DNA of 64,000 nucleotides from a virus: positions 32,001 through 96,000 of IMG/VR virus record IMGVR_UViG_3300036773_000096; one strand, given 5' to 3'. Numbering within the stretch: position 1 is the first letter of the stretch; the number at the start of each line of letters is the position of its first letter. Of the stretch, positions 18,404 through 27,485 are shown piece by piece. Under the pieces are notes generated by a model. The model worked only from the letters and a program-made list of their open reading frames with translations. It was not told the DNA's origin and did not search any database. The position numbers and the translations under genes were made by a program.

Positions 18404-18600
18404 AGCTGGTCGCCCACCCGTGGCACCAGCTCAGTCCAGTCCGCGACAGCCTCGTCGTCGAGCACCTTCACGGCCAGGCCCCCCGCCTGGACGTCGAGGT
18501 AGGTCAGCACCCAGTGCCCGTGACCGTTGAAGTCCTGGGCGAAACGCTGAGCCACGTAGCCATCCGGGCTTACTCGCGCCGCGACTTCCGTGAGGTTCAT
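18400..18600 (-). CDS. Small hypothetical protein
   Basis: MNLTEVAARV..; 4-nt coupling on both sides. Confidence 0.55.
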   Translation of the reverse strand: MNLTEVAARVSPDGYVAQRFAQDFNGHGHWVLTYLDVQAGGLAVKVLDDEAVADWTELVPRVGDQL

Positions 18601-19082
18601 CGCTCCAGCTTCCTGGAACCGCCCGTGTTGGGCACCCCGTCGATGATCCACGTGAGCACCGTCGAACTCGCCGCGCCCTCAGCGGCGACCTGATGGGCGT
18701 TGATCAGACGGCGGGCCTTCATCCGCCGGGTACCGGACTGATGGAAGTGCGCGTAGGAGATGTCAGTACCGGCCTCGACCTCGTGAGCCCGGATGTGCTC
18801 CACGCCCAGCGGACGCCGCGTCAGCTCGCTGCGCATCGACGTCGTGCGCACCAGCGGCTCATTGAGGAACCCTTGGCCGCGCTTCTGGGCGACCGTCGAC
18901 GGCATCAGCGGTGCCCACGGGGTGCGCCAACGCGCCCCGCGCGAGTTGAACTGCTCAACGTTGGTCACCGCCCACCAGGTCAGGAACTCCTCCCACGCCG
19001 GGGACAGCTCCGTCGACCGTGCCCGCATCTGCTCAAGGTTGCGGCGCACCCGGTCCAGGCCCTCGACACTGACCCGGATCAT
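18597..19082 (-). CDS. Virion morphogenesis protein (Mu gpG / tail completion S-like)
   Basis: RWRTPWAPL.PST, GTDISYAHFHQSGTRRMKARRL motifs. Confidence 0.82.
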   Translation of the reverse strand: MIRVSVEGLDRVRRNLEQMRARSTELSPAWEEFLTWWAVTNVEQFNSRGARWRTPWAPLMPSTVAQKRGQGFLNEPLVRTTSMRSELTRRPLGVEHIRAHEVEAGTDISYAHFHQSGTRRMKARRLINAHQVAAEGAASSTVLTWIIDGVPNTGGSRKLER

Positions 19083-19681
19083 CCGCTGGTCCGTAGCCGC
19101 CGCCGGGACCGCAACATCAGCAGCTCGTCGTCAGTCCAGCCCTCTTTGATCGCGGGTGGCTCTTTCGCGTCCAGCGCGCGGGCGACAACCGTGTCGTCGT
19201 GACGGTTGAGCATCGTGGCACCCACCTTGTCCACGATCGCTCCCACGATGTCACCGACCGGCCCCCAGCCGGCCATGTAGTGCATCGTGATCCGCTGGTC
19301 GTAGTCCTGGGGGACGGTCAGGGAGAACGGCCGCGAGGTGTAGGTCAGGGTGTCGGGGGCGACGGGAGCGCCGATCCAGCCCTCCTCCCGCCACGAGTAC
19401 GGCGCGGGCAGCGCCATCCCGTAGGTGGCCGACCCGCCGGCACTGACCCCGTCGATGTCGATGACCCGAAACACTGGGGCACTGGTCGCCACGACACCCG
19501 AGCGGCGCAGGATCGGCACTACCTCGGTGCGCTCCACGGGGTCAATGGGGCAGCGCATCCACCGCTCCAAGTCCGCTTGGCGGCGCGCGAGTAGCAGCGC
19601 GCACGCAGCGGTCTGGTGAGCGCTCCACGGGGGGTTTGACAGGTAGTCGTTGACCTGCCCAACAGTGACAACCAGTGCCAC
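19079..19681 (-). CDS. Head-tail adaptor protein
   Basis: ITMHYMAGW..GDIVGAIV pattern; neck position. Confidence 0.65.
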   Translation of the reverse strand: MALVVTVGQVNDYLSNPPWSAHQTAACALLLARRQADLERWMRCPIDPVERTEVVPILRRSGVVATSAPVFRVIDIDGVSAGGSATYGMALPAPYSWREEGWIGAPVAPDTLTYTSRPFSLTVPQDYDQRITMHYMAGWGPVGDIVGAIVDKVGATMLNRHDDTVVARALDAKEPPAIKEGWTDDELLMLRSRRRLRTSG

Positions 19682-20170
19682 TTAGACCCCGACGCCCGCG
19701 CCCAGTGACTGGGTTCCGCGCGCCTCACTGAGCAGGCCACCGCCGGGCTCGTTCACGGGCATCGCCGTCTCCGGGGTGTTGGGGGCGTCATCACCGCCGT
19801 AGCGGGCGTAGACGCTGCGCAGCACGTGCTGGCCACGATTCCACAGCTTGCGACACGACGGCTGCTGACAGCCTTCGGGGTACCAGGAGTAGTAGGCGTC
19901 GTCCTTGGCCGGCTCGTAGTCCGCTGAGGTGGTGTGCCCCGCGATCCATGAACCGGTCAGGGTGTGCGCCGGGGACGCCGGGTCCGCTGAGACCTCAAGT
20001 TGGCGTGACTGCGCGGCCGAGCCGGCGGGCGTGGACACGGGCGCTGATTCGGGGGCCGTGTCGCCCCCGCCGAGCACCGCTTGGGGGCGGGACGGCTTCG
20101 GGGTGCTCGCGCGACGGTTGCGCACCGCTGCGGCAGCGTCGTTGCGGGAATCTCTGTGGTCATCGGCCAT
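19682..20170 (-). CDS. Hypothetical virion-region protein
   Basis: Low-complexity N-terminus, PEGCQQPSCRKLW core; TACCGT-N7-ATG upstream. Confidence 0.58.
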   Translation of the reverse strand: MADDHRDSRNDAAAAVRNRRASTPKPSRPQAVLGGGDTAPESAPVSTPAGSAAQSRQLEVSADPASPAHTLTGSWIAGHTTSADYEPAKDDAYYSWYPEGCQQPSCRKLWNRGQHVLRSVYARYGGDDAPNTPETAMPVNEPGGGLLSEARGTQSLGAGVGV

Positions 20171-21156
20171 GCGCCGAACGGTAACGCCATGGCCATGGCG
20201 CCACCGTCACGCCACGCGGTGACCATCCGGGCGACCAGCGGGTAACCGCCCGGCGCGGCGACGAACGCCCCCGCGATGAGTAGCGGGTACATGACGCCGA
20301 TCTCGAAGGCCTTGCCGGTTTTGAAAGCCAGCCACTTCGGGAGGTGCACGAACTCCCAGCGCTTACCGGTGCGGGGGTGCTTGAACGGGAACAGCCAGCA
20401 GATGCCGCACTCGGTGACCGAGTCGCCGAGCATGTGGGTGAGGCACCCCAGGGTCGCTGCCGCGCCGAGCAGGCCCGTCCAGTGGGTGTCCAGAGCCCCG
20501 CCAGTGGATTGCGTGAGGTAGAACGCGAGGCCCATGCACACCGCTGCCGTGCCGGAGCGACCTGATGCGCGCAGGTACTTCCCTGGCAGCGGCACCCACT
20601 TTGAGCGCATCGCTTTCACGGCAACGTGCTTCAGGGCGAGCCCGATGTTGTGGTAGATGACAATGCCCAGGCGCCGGGGGGCGCTTTTGCCTTTCAGTCG
20701 GCTGGCGGACAGCTGCCGGTCGGGGTTGGTGGGCATGTAGAGCCCGCGCGCGGCCCAGTGCAGGGAGACGCCGAGCACGATGGGGGTGCCCCAGTGCGGC
20801 CAGACGGCGCAGATCACGGCCACCAGGGCACCCATGAACGCGGCACCGGGCCAGGTGTGGGTGGCGCCCCGGTGGATGACGGGCCTTTTGGGGTCGTCGG
20901 CTTCAGACCGGGTGGCGTAGTAGATGACCGCGCACAGGGTGACGACGAGGTGGTGCAGCGCGATGGTCAGCGCGCCCAGCGACGTGGTCACGGTGGATTT
21001 GCGCGTGTCACAGTCGGGCCAGTTGGCCCAGCCGGCGACGATCACCGCGACGATGTGCGGGATACCCCACGCGAGGTTGATGGTCGTGCACAGCTCAAAG
21101 AACAGGCAGGCGCCGTAGCCGGCGGTGGCACCCGAAATCGAGTGCCCCGTGGACAT
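19957..21156 (-). CDS. Membrane-bound metal-dependent hydrolase (YdjM/DUF457-like)
   Basis: GHSISG, WPDCD, HRGATHT and THMLGD motifs; the 3' end overlaps the next gene by 214 nt. Confidence 0.78.
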   Translation of the reverse strand: MSTGHSISGATAGYGACLFFELCTTINLAWGIPHIVAVIVAGWANWPDCDTRKSTVTTSLGALTIALHHLVVTLCAVIYYATRSEADDPKRPVIHRGATHTWPGAAFMGALVAVICAVWPHWGTPIVLGVSLHWAARGLYMPTNPDRQLSASRLKGKSAPRRLGIVIYHNIGLALKHVAVKAMRSKWVPLPGKYLRASGRSGTAAVCMGLAFYLTQSTGGALDTHWTGLLGAAATLGCLTHMLGDSVTECGICWLFPFKHPRTGKRWEFVHLPKWLAFKTGKAFEIGVMYPLLIAGAFVAAPGGYPLVARMVTAWRDGGAMAMALPFGAWPMTTEIPATTLPQRCATVARAPRSRPAPKRCSAGATRPPNQRPCPRPPARPRSHANLRSQRTRRPRRTP

Positions 21157-21353
21157 CACGTGCGGGTGTCCGGCTCAGCGAGCAGCGCGGCGAGTGCGTC
21201 GAGCAGGCCGAGGTCATGCTCATTTGGTTCGAGGATCAGTAGCGGCCCGAGTCGTGCCCAGTTGCCGTAGTACTCCTGGAAGGGTTCCCACTCGATTTCG
21301 GGACGAGGGGTCAGGGCGCGTAGCCGCGTGCGGATGTCGTTGAGATCAGCCAT
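21156..21353 (-). CDS. Hypothetical protein
   Basis: GGAGG RBS; first gene after the conserved promoter motif at 21370-21389. Confidence 0.65.
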   Translation of the reverse strand: MADLNDIRTRLRALTPRPEIEWEPFQEYYGNWARLGPLLILEPNEHDLGLLDALAALLAEPDTRT

Positions 21354-21369
21354 GTCGCCTCCTGGTAGA

Positions 21370-21389
21370 CCGGAACGACACCCACTCTA
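21370..21389 (-). promoter_or_regulatory. TANNNT-N7-GTTCCG promoter
   Basis: TGG-TAGAGT-gggtgtc-GTTCCGG. Confidence 0.65.
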
Positions 21390-21439
21390 CCAGTTAACTG
21401 CGGGGCTGCGGAACACCCGCCAGCGATCTACGCTGCGGC

Positions 21440-21601
21440 ATGACCGACTGCACAGATCTACGCGACATCATGGCCGTGCTGCCCCCGCAACGGATCTACA
21501 TGGAACTGCGACCCGATCAGGCGCTCGCCGCGATCCGCGCCGACTACGGCCTCGGACCCGGCACACCCATCCTCAGCAGTGAGCGCCCCGCGCAGCTCTA
21601 G
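21440..21601 (+). CDS. 53-aa hypothetical protein
   Basis: MTDCTDLRDIMAVLPPQRIYMELRPDQ.., read manually; TACGCT 5 nt upstream of ATG. Confidence 0.4.
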   Translation: MTDCTDLRDIMAVLPPQRIYMELRPDQALAAIRADYGLGPGTPILSSERPAQL

Positions 21602-22176
21602 AGACCGACCCGCAGCGGCACCCAGGCGACCCGGATAGTCACCAGCGCCTCCTGCGGCGGGCAGTCCTGGACGGCTGGGGCGGTCGGCGCGGGCTCCACC
21701 GGGGCCGGCGGGGTCAGTGCGGGCGGCGGCGCGGGACGCGGCGGTGCGACTGACTGGCGCACCAGCGGGGGCAGGGGATGTGGCCGGGGCAGCGGTACCG
21801 GCGTCACCCGATGGGGAGGTGTCGCCCTGGCAGGGAGGGCTACTGGCGCCGGGGGTGCGACTACTACAGGGGCAGGCGCTGCGGCTGGCGGGCCGACCTC
21901 GACGCACAGCACACCCGAGAGCACCTTCGGTGGCTGGCACGGTGGCGTGACCGGCACTACACGCGGCGGGCCGCCCAGTCCCGGCGGGGGAGGCGCGGCC
22001 AGCCCATCACCGGGAGTGAAGATGGGCTCACACAGCACGTTGCCGCCCACAATCTGCCCCACCGGGCACGGGTCGGCGGTGGCCGCAGCGGGGACCGCGA
22101 CCATCGCCGCGACCGTGCCCACAGAGGCCAGCGCAGCGAAGTATGGGATGGCGGGGCGACGGCGACGGTGCTTCAT
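21598..22176 (-). CDS. Secreted Pro-rich protein
   Basis: MKHRRRR..AAMVAVPAAATA signal peptide; PA/PV-rich; TGATG-coupled to the sortase. Confidence 0.65.
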   Translation of the reverse strand: MKHRRRRPAIPYFAALASVGTVAAMVAVPAAATADPCPVGQIVGGNVLCEPIFTPGDGLAAPPPPGLGGPPRVVPVTPPCQPPKVLSGVLCVEVGPPAAAPAPVVVAPPAPVALPARATPPHRVTPVPLPRPHPLPPLVRQSVAPPRPAPPPALTPPAPVEPAPTAPAVQDCPPQEALVTIRVAWVPLRVGL

Positions 22177-22805
22177 CAGGCGGGCCTCGCAAAGACGATG
22201 GTGTTGTCGGCGTAGCCGAACTGTCCCCCGATGAACTGACCGGAGCAAGTGATCAGACGCAGCTCGGAGGTCGGGGTGTAGCCGTAAACCTCCTGAGTGG
22301 GGAACTGCGGCTTGGGCTTCTGTAGGAGCCGGTAGACGGTGTAATTGAGCACCACCCCATCCACGCGGGTCACCGAGACCTTGTCGCCGACGCGCAGCTC
22401 GTGGAGGTGAAAGAAAATCCCCTCCTGGTGCGCACCGTGTACGACCGACCCGTCAACATGCCCGATGATGATCGACGGACCGGCCTGACCGGGCACCACC
22501 CCGGACTTACACGACGTCGCGGGGAGCACATCGGTCTGGCAGTAGTAGGCGGCCTGCTGGGGGTGCGTGACGTCGGGCTCGGCCAGCTCTTTGGTCTTCG
22601 GGTTGATGCCGATCGGTATCAGCGACGAGTGCGCCCCGATCTGGGGAATGTCGATGCTCGCCGGCTGCACCGGGGGCGGTGCCGCCATGTTGTGAACCGG
22701 CGGGGCGCTCGGCGGTGGGGTGTCCCCGCTACCGGCCGCTGAGCAGCCGGTAGCGAGGGCGAGCACTGCTAACGCAGACAGCAGTGCGACGCGACCACGG
22801 ATCAA
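22176..22805 (-). CDS. Class F sortase
   Basis: PASIDIPQIG, PGQAGPSIIIGHVD, GIFFHLHEL and LRLITCSG (catalytic His and TC) motifs. Confidence 0.92.
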   Translation of the reverse strand: MIRGRVALLSALAVLALATGCSAAGSGDTPPPSAPPVHNMAAPPPVQPASIDIPQIGAHSSLIPIGINPKTKELAEPDVTHPQQAAYYCQTDVLPATSCKSGVVPGQAGPSIIIGHVDGSVVHGAHQEGIFFHLHELRVGDKVSVTRVDGVVLNYTVYRLLQKPKPQFPTQEVYGYTPTSELRLITCSGQFIGGQFGYADNTIVFARPA

Positions 22806-23515
22806 GAGATCTGGTCGCGCAGGGCACCGCCACCAGTGGGGGCGGGACCCGACGGAACTTCGCCGACCTGCGGGTTACTGGGGGTCACGACGATGGGGCC
22901 GTTGTTGATGACCGTCGGAGGGGCTTCCGGGGTGTCGGTCACGGGCGCCGGCTGGTCGGGGGTGTCCACGGGCGGAGCGGGCACCGGGGCCGGGGTGGGG
23001 GCGGCGCACTCGCTGCCGTGGATCCGGTCGGTCAGCAGGGCGATCTTCGCGTCGAGCAGGCGACCGGACTCCCGTGCCTCATCGAGGTGCTTCCGGGCCG
23101 TGTTGGCCTTGGCCTGTGCGAGGTCGAGCCGATTCTTGGCCAGGTTCACGTCGCCCTGGGTGGCGGTGGGAGGAGTCGCGTGGAATCCCGCGAGGGTGGA
23201 GTCGTAGGCGTTCTGTGCAGTGCGCAGGGCTTCGCGGGCGCTGCGGTCCTCATTCTGGGCATCCTGAACGCTGCGGTGGGAGTGGCCGGCGTCGATCCGG
23301 ACCCGCACCAGGAGCAGCCGGTCCTGATCACAGTTGCCGCCGTTGCCGATGCCAACGTTGACGCGGATGGCGTCACGGTTGCCGGCGTCGCAGTTGACGT
23401 GGTTCTCGCACAGCGGGCGGGGACCGGGGTCGGCGGAAGCGGGGACGGCGATCGCCAGGGGGAGCAGGAACGCCCCCGCAGTGACGGCAGTCAGGATGGT
23501 CTTGCGTGCGCGCAC
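22802..23515 (-). CDS. Secreted coiled-coil protein, candidate sortase substrate
   Basis: Signal peptide AIAVPASA, coiled coil, Pro-rich linker, C-terminal VPSGPAPTGGG. Confidence 0.68.
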   Translation of the reverse strand: MRARKTILTAVTAGAFLLPLAIAVPASADPGPRPLCENHVNCDAGNRDAIRVNVGIGNGGNCDQDRLLLVRVRIDAGHSHRSVQDAQNEDRSAREALRTAQNAYDSTLAGFHATPPTATQGDVNLAKNRLDLAQAKANTARKHLDEARESGRLLDAKIALLTDRIHGSECAAPTPAPVPAPPVDTPDQPAPVTDTPEAPPTVINNGPIVVTPSNPQVGEVPSGPAPTGGGALRDQIS

Positions 23516-23648
23516 GTGATCTCCTCTTGCGTGGGGCCGGAACGGGTGGTGCTCCGGTAGCGAGCGGACATTACCGCGCGTGCACGGACGGTCACGCTCT
23601 TAGGGTCCTCTCAGGAACCCCGCGTGTTGCGGGGCTGCGCAACTATGG

Positions 23649-23668
23649 TAGGGTTGGATTCGTTCCGA
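23649..23668 (+). promoter_or_regulatory. TANNNT-N7-GTTCCG promoter
   Basis: TGG-TAGGGT-tggattc-GTTCCGA. Confidence 0.65.
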
Positions 23669-23695
23669 CCAACCGCACGAGGGAGACCCACCCAC

Positions 23696-24406
23696 ATGGA
23701 CGCCAAAGTCCTCGCACGCATCCGTGGCCTGCTCGCCAAGGCCGAATCAACCGAGTTCCCCGCCGAAGCCGAATCCTGCACCGCCAAAGCACTCGAAATG
23801 ATGACCGCCCACGGTGTCGAACAAGCCCACCTCGACGCCGTCAGCGGCCGGCGCCCCAGCGCCACCTCCCTTCGCATCGACTTCGACAGCCCCTACAGCC
23901 TGGAGAAAGCCACCCTGCTGGGATGCGTCACCGAACCACTGGGCTGCAAGATCGCCATCTTTGGCACCCACCGCACCAGCGACTACGCCACCGTCGTAGG
24001 CATGCCCACCGACCTCGAACTCGTCGAAATGCTCTACACGAGCCTGCTCCTGCAAGGCACCACCCAGGTCGTCCGCCAGCGCCCCTGGGATGTCATGGAG
24101 TCCATCGCCGCCTACCGGCGCACCTGGTGGCTGGGCTTCGCCTACATCATCGAGAAGCGTCTCCAAGCCGCGTACGCCAAGGCCGTGACCGAACACGTCA
24201 GCGACGGGCCGTCCACCGCGCTCGTGCTCCGGGACCGCGCCGCACTGGTCGCCGACACCTTCGATGACCTGTTTCCCAAGCTGGGCAAGCCACATAAGCG
24301 CAACCTCACCGGCAGCGGTGGCGGAGCTGGCGCCATCGCCGGACGCAACGCCGACATCGGCACCGGCCGCCGCGTGGCCCGCACCCGGCAGGCGGCGATC
24401 CGATGA
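23696..24406 (+). CDS. DUF2786-domain protein
   Basis: MDAKVLARIRGLLAKAESTEFPAEAE..KALEMM is the typical DUF2786 N-terminus. Confidence 0.85.
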   Translation: MDAKVLARIRGLLAKAESTEFPAEAESCTAKALEMMTAHGVEQAHLDAVSGRRPSATSLRIDFDSPYSLEKATLLGCVTEPLGCKIAIFGTHRTSDYATVVGMPTDLELVEMLYTSLLLQGTTQVVRQRPWDVMESIAAYRRTWWLGFAYIIEKRLQAAYAKAVTEHVSDGPSTALVLRDRAALVADTFDDLFPKLGKPHKRNLTGSGGGAGAIAGRNADIGTGRRVARTRQAAIR

Positions 24407-24702
24407 AACCCAGCGAGGGATGCGTGTGGAACGCCGTTGACCGGGAATGGCTGCTCACGGTCGTTGATGAAGCGCCGCTGGTCTTCGGCGCGGTGGCCGC
24501 GCCTCCGCATGGGGATTCGCAGCGGGCCCCGGAACGCTACGACGGTGCCTACGCGACGCACGGTCCCGATCGGTCCCGCGCATCAGTGCAGCCCTACACC
24601 CGCGAGTGCATGGTCGACTTCGATTGCGGCGGTTGCGCGTGCGGGTTCGTGATGGCGCCGTGCAATCACTGCATGGAGCACTGGGCGGAGGATCAGTCGT
24701 GA
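24403..24702 (+). CDS. Hypothetical protein with Cys-rich C-terminus
   Basis: ATGA-coupled; CGGCACG..CNHC. Confidence 0.5.
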   Translation: MKPSEGCVWNAVDREWLLTVVDEAPLVFGAVAAPPHGDSQRAPERYDGAYATHGPDRSRASVQPYTRECMVDFDCGGCACGFVMAPCNHCMEHWAEDQS

Positions 24703-24890
24703 ACGGACCCCGTGAGCCCTTCGAGGTGGAGACCGCGAAAATCCTGGGTGGCATCACAGCTGGCTGCCTGGGGGTCACGCTGGTCGTCTACACGGTGGCC
24801 CCGTTGGTGGTGACGGCCGTCCCCGCGCTCGTCACGGCGATCTTCCTGATCTTTTTTCTCTGGTCGCTATTCCGATTCACGATCGGCTGA
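24699..24890 (+). CDS. Small two-TM protein
   Basis: GTGA-coupled; two hydrophobic helices. Confidence 0.55.
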   Translation: MNGPREPFEVETAKILGGITAGCLGVTLVVYTVAPLVVTAVPALVTAIFLIFFLWSLFRFTIG

Positions 24891-24896
24891 CCCGCC

Positions 24897-25106
24897 ATGA
24901 TCAGTCACTCCCGCAACGTGGTCGAATCAGCCGGCGGACTAGTCCTGACCCTCGACGACACCTACGGCAAGACCTGGCAGCAAATCATCACCGAACTCGA
25001 CTCCCTCGCCGCCGACGGGGAACAGGTCTACGTCGAGCCCGCCGCGCTCGCCGGACTCATCCGGGCACTACTCGCCTACGGAGCGCTGCCGGCCAGCGTC
25101 GGCTGA
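24897..25106 (+). CDS. Hypothetical protein
   Basis: 69 aa with normal composition; last gene of the plus-strand unit. Confidence 0.58.
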   Translation: MISHSRNVVESAGGLVLTLDDTYGKTWQQIITELDSLAADGEQVYVEPAALAGLIRALLAYGALPASVG

Positions 25107-25376
25107 CCCCGCGTCGGAGGTCGAGTTGTTGTCCTCTGCCCGAGAACCCTGCCAGGCAGAGAAATGCCCCACGGCGTTGGCGTAGCACGAGATCAGGCCC
25201 ACCCACAGCACGGAGTCGTGCCACCACAGCACCGTCGGGATGATCGCTAAGAACCACACCCCCGTAGCCGTGGAATGAAACCTCCGCCACGTCTTCGGGT
25301 TAGCCCACGCATCCTTGACCCGCTCGAAGCGGGGCCGACATTCCGAGCCCGGCCCCGCTCCGAACGTTGCCATCAC
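25068..25376 (-). CDS. Small membrane protein
   Basis: WFLAIIPTVLWWHDSVLWVGLISCYAN segment; the true start may be further downstream. Confidence 0.6.
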   Translation of the reverse strand: MMATFGAGPGSECRPRFERVKDAWANPKTWRRFHSTATGVWFLAIIPTVLWWHDSVLWVGLISCYANAVGHFSAWQGSRAEDNNSTSDAGSADAGRQRSVGE

Positions 25377-25849
25377 ACGTAGACGTAGCTGGCGGCCAGC
25401 GTCAAAGTCCCGCTGTCGTCGGTCACCGTGGTGGCCACGGTGGCGGCGGAATGCGCACCGGAGACACCCGTGATGGTGGTGTTGTTGACCACAGTGAAGC
25501 TGGTCAACGCCACGCCACCCAGGGCGGCACCCGACGCACCGTCGAAGTTGACGCCCTTGATGGTCACCGGGGTGCCACCAGCGGCAGCGCCCGTAGCCGG
25601 ACTGATCGACAGAATCGACGCGGCCGGGTACAGCGCGACGATGTCGGCCTTGCGCACCTGCTGGCCGGCCTTGTACTTGATCCGGCGCTCCCCGTCGAAG
25701 GTCTTGAAATTGTCCTTATACGGGGCGTAGTTGAACGATTCGTAGATGTCCTCGTTGACGATGCAATCGGTCGCGGGAACATCGGTGGTCTTGGCCTGCA
25801 ACGCCGTGAGGCTCAGCACAGTGGTGCCATCGGCGGCCAGAATAGCCAT
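25373..25849 (-). CDS. IPT/TIG-domain protein, candidate capsid decoration protein
   Basis: SILSISPATGAAAGGTPVTIKGVNF Ig-like IPT/TIG motif; directly after the capsid gene. Confidence 0.8.
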   Translation of the reverse strand: MAILAADGTTVLSLTALQAKTTDVPATDCIVNEDIYESFNYAPYKDNFKTFDGERRIKYKAGQQVRKADIVALYPAASILSISPATGAAAGGTPVTIKGVNFDGASGAALGGVALTSFTVVNNTTITGVSGAHSAATVATTVTDDSGTLTLAASYVYV

Positions 25850-25881
25850 TCGATTACTCCTATTCTTGTGCTAGTCGCTGG

Positions 25882-27240
25882 TCAGGGAGTGATCGCGGCG
25901 GCCAGGTTGACCTTGACCATGGCAGCGGGGCGGTAGACGGCCAAACCCAGCCGCTCTTCGGCCAGGACCACGATGGCGTTACGAATGAAGAAGTCCGCGT
26001 GCTGGTCAGCGGTGCGGATGTTGGACTGCATGCGGTCAAACACCTGCGCGCCCAACCCGAAAGCGCCGATCAGAGCGGTGCCCTCAGGACACGCCGGAGT
26101 GGCGACAACAGGCATCTGCCACAACCGCTTCTCGGCACCGGAAGTGACCGACCCCGCGACCAAATAGCGGCCCTGGGTGTCCTTGGTCAATTCCATGCGC
26201 TCCCAGTCGTATGGGTGCACAACTACGCCGGTCGGGTCATACTGCGCCAACATGACGCGCGTGGCGCCCCGGCGAATAGCATCGACGTAGGTCTCGTTAG
26301 TCGGTGCGTGATAGCCGCCGGAAGGGAACAATTGGATACCCGGCGTGTTGAAAATGCCCAGCAGGTTCTGGCCCGTGCCGTCACCTAGAAGCAGCTGCTG
26401 GTCTTCGACCAACCGCAGGCCATAAAGCAGCCGGGTGTCGATGATTCCGCGCAACTGCGGCTCGTCATCAAGAACGTTGCGCGACGCGGGCACCCAGTGG
26501 GCGAGAGTCCGGATCGGCGTGGTCTTGATGTTGAAGTGGATCTGCGACTTCGGCTTCAGGCCGAAGTTGTCGTTGGGCGGAGAGACCCCGTCACGCTCGG
26601 GAATCATCGCCGCCGCGTTGTCGCCCGCGTCGACGAACCCCAGCTCCTCAATGAACTCGATCATCACCGAGTTGGTGTTCATCTGCGGGAACAGGTCACG
26701 CACCCGCCAGGTGAGCATCGGAGCTGACACCATCGGCGCCCGCTGCACCGTGCCGAAACCAGGGTGGACAACAGTGCCGATGCTGCCGGAATGAACATCC
26801 TTGTACTGCACGCCGTTGGGGGAGGTAATCTCCTCGCCCTCGATGGCGAACGCCTTGTCCATGAAACCGGAGTCACGGTGGCCCTTGAAAGCCTCCGACT
26901 CGACGAAACGCTGCCCCAGTGACTTATACTCGGGCATCGCCGTCACGCCGATACCGGCCGGGGATCCACCCATCGCCACGGGCGTGCCGGCGGGGGCGTC
27001 GAGCCACTCGTCCAGGAGGCCCTTGCGCTCCAGGGCGGTGACGATGCCGTGAGTCTCCTCAGCCTTGGCCAGCAGGGCCTTGAACTCGGTGAGGGCTTCG
27101 GGCTTGACGTGCATGTTGCCTTCGCCGTCGAGCCAACCTGACTTGGTGATCTCGTCCATTTGTGCGTTGATGGACTTCACTTCGACCTTGCCACGATCAA
27201 TGAGGTCTTTGTCGTGGCGGTCGAGAGTAGGTGCGGTCAC
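25882..27240 (-). CDS. Major capsid protein, HK97 fold
   Basis: IRTLAHW..SRNVLDDEPQL, ED.QLLLGDG.G.NL.GI, VVHPYDW, FIRNAIVVLAEERLGLAV motifs. Confidence 0.97.
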   Translation of the reverse strand: MTAPTLDRHDKDLIDRGKVEVKSINAQMDEITKSGWLDGEGNMHVKPEALTEFKALLAKAEETHGIVTALERKGLLDEWLDAPAGTPVAMGGSPAGIGVTAMPEYKSLGQRFVESEAFKGHRDSGFMDKAFAIEGEEITSPNGVQYKDVHSGSIGTVVHPGFGTVQRAPMVSAPMLTWRVRDLFPQMNTNSVMIEFIEELGFVDAGDNAAAMIPERDGVSPPNDNFGLKPKSQIHFNIKTTPIRTLAHWVPASRNVLDDEPQLRGIIDTRLLYGLRLVEDQQLLLGDGTGQNLLGIFNTPGIQLFPSGGYHAPTNETYVDAIRRGATRVMLAQYDPTGVVVHPYDWERMELTKDTQGRYLVAGSVTSGAEKRLWQMPVVATPACPEGTALIGAFGLGAQVFDRMQSNIRTADQHADFFIRNAIVVLAEERLGLAVYRPAAMVKVNLAAAITP

Positions 27241-27446
27241 TGCCGCGTCTCCCTTGCGCTCGGTGTGTGTTCGAGCACGGGAAGCGGGTAGGCCGAAGCG
27301 AACCCCCAGCGTGCTCGGGGACTCGCACCGGTCAGTACCAGGCGCGTTGCGCGCAGTAGATCACTGGTGACGCAAATGGCGGCAGCGACACGCCGCCGGG
27401 TCAGCTACAGTGGAAGTCCCCCCGCTGGGGTAAGTAGCCCCAGCCC

Positions 27447-27477
27447 GACGGCCCCGATCCCCCCCGACGGGGCCGTC
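27447..27477 (-). terminator. Stem-loop downstream of the giant gene
   Basis: GACGGCCCC / GGGGCCGTC 9-bp inverted repeat just after the stop codon. Confidence 0.5.
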
Positions 27478-27485
27478 TCTAATTC

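Noticed and set aside
19957-20170. 214-nt overlap of the hydrolase C-terminus with the next gene
   Set aside because: The tail reads as off-frame text of the downstream gene; most simply run-on to the next available stop in high-GC DNA
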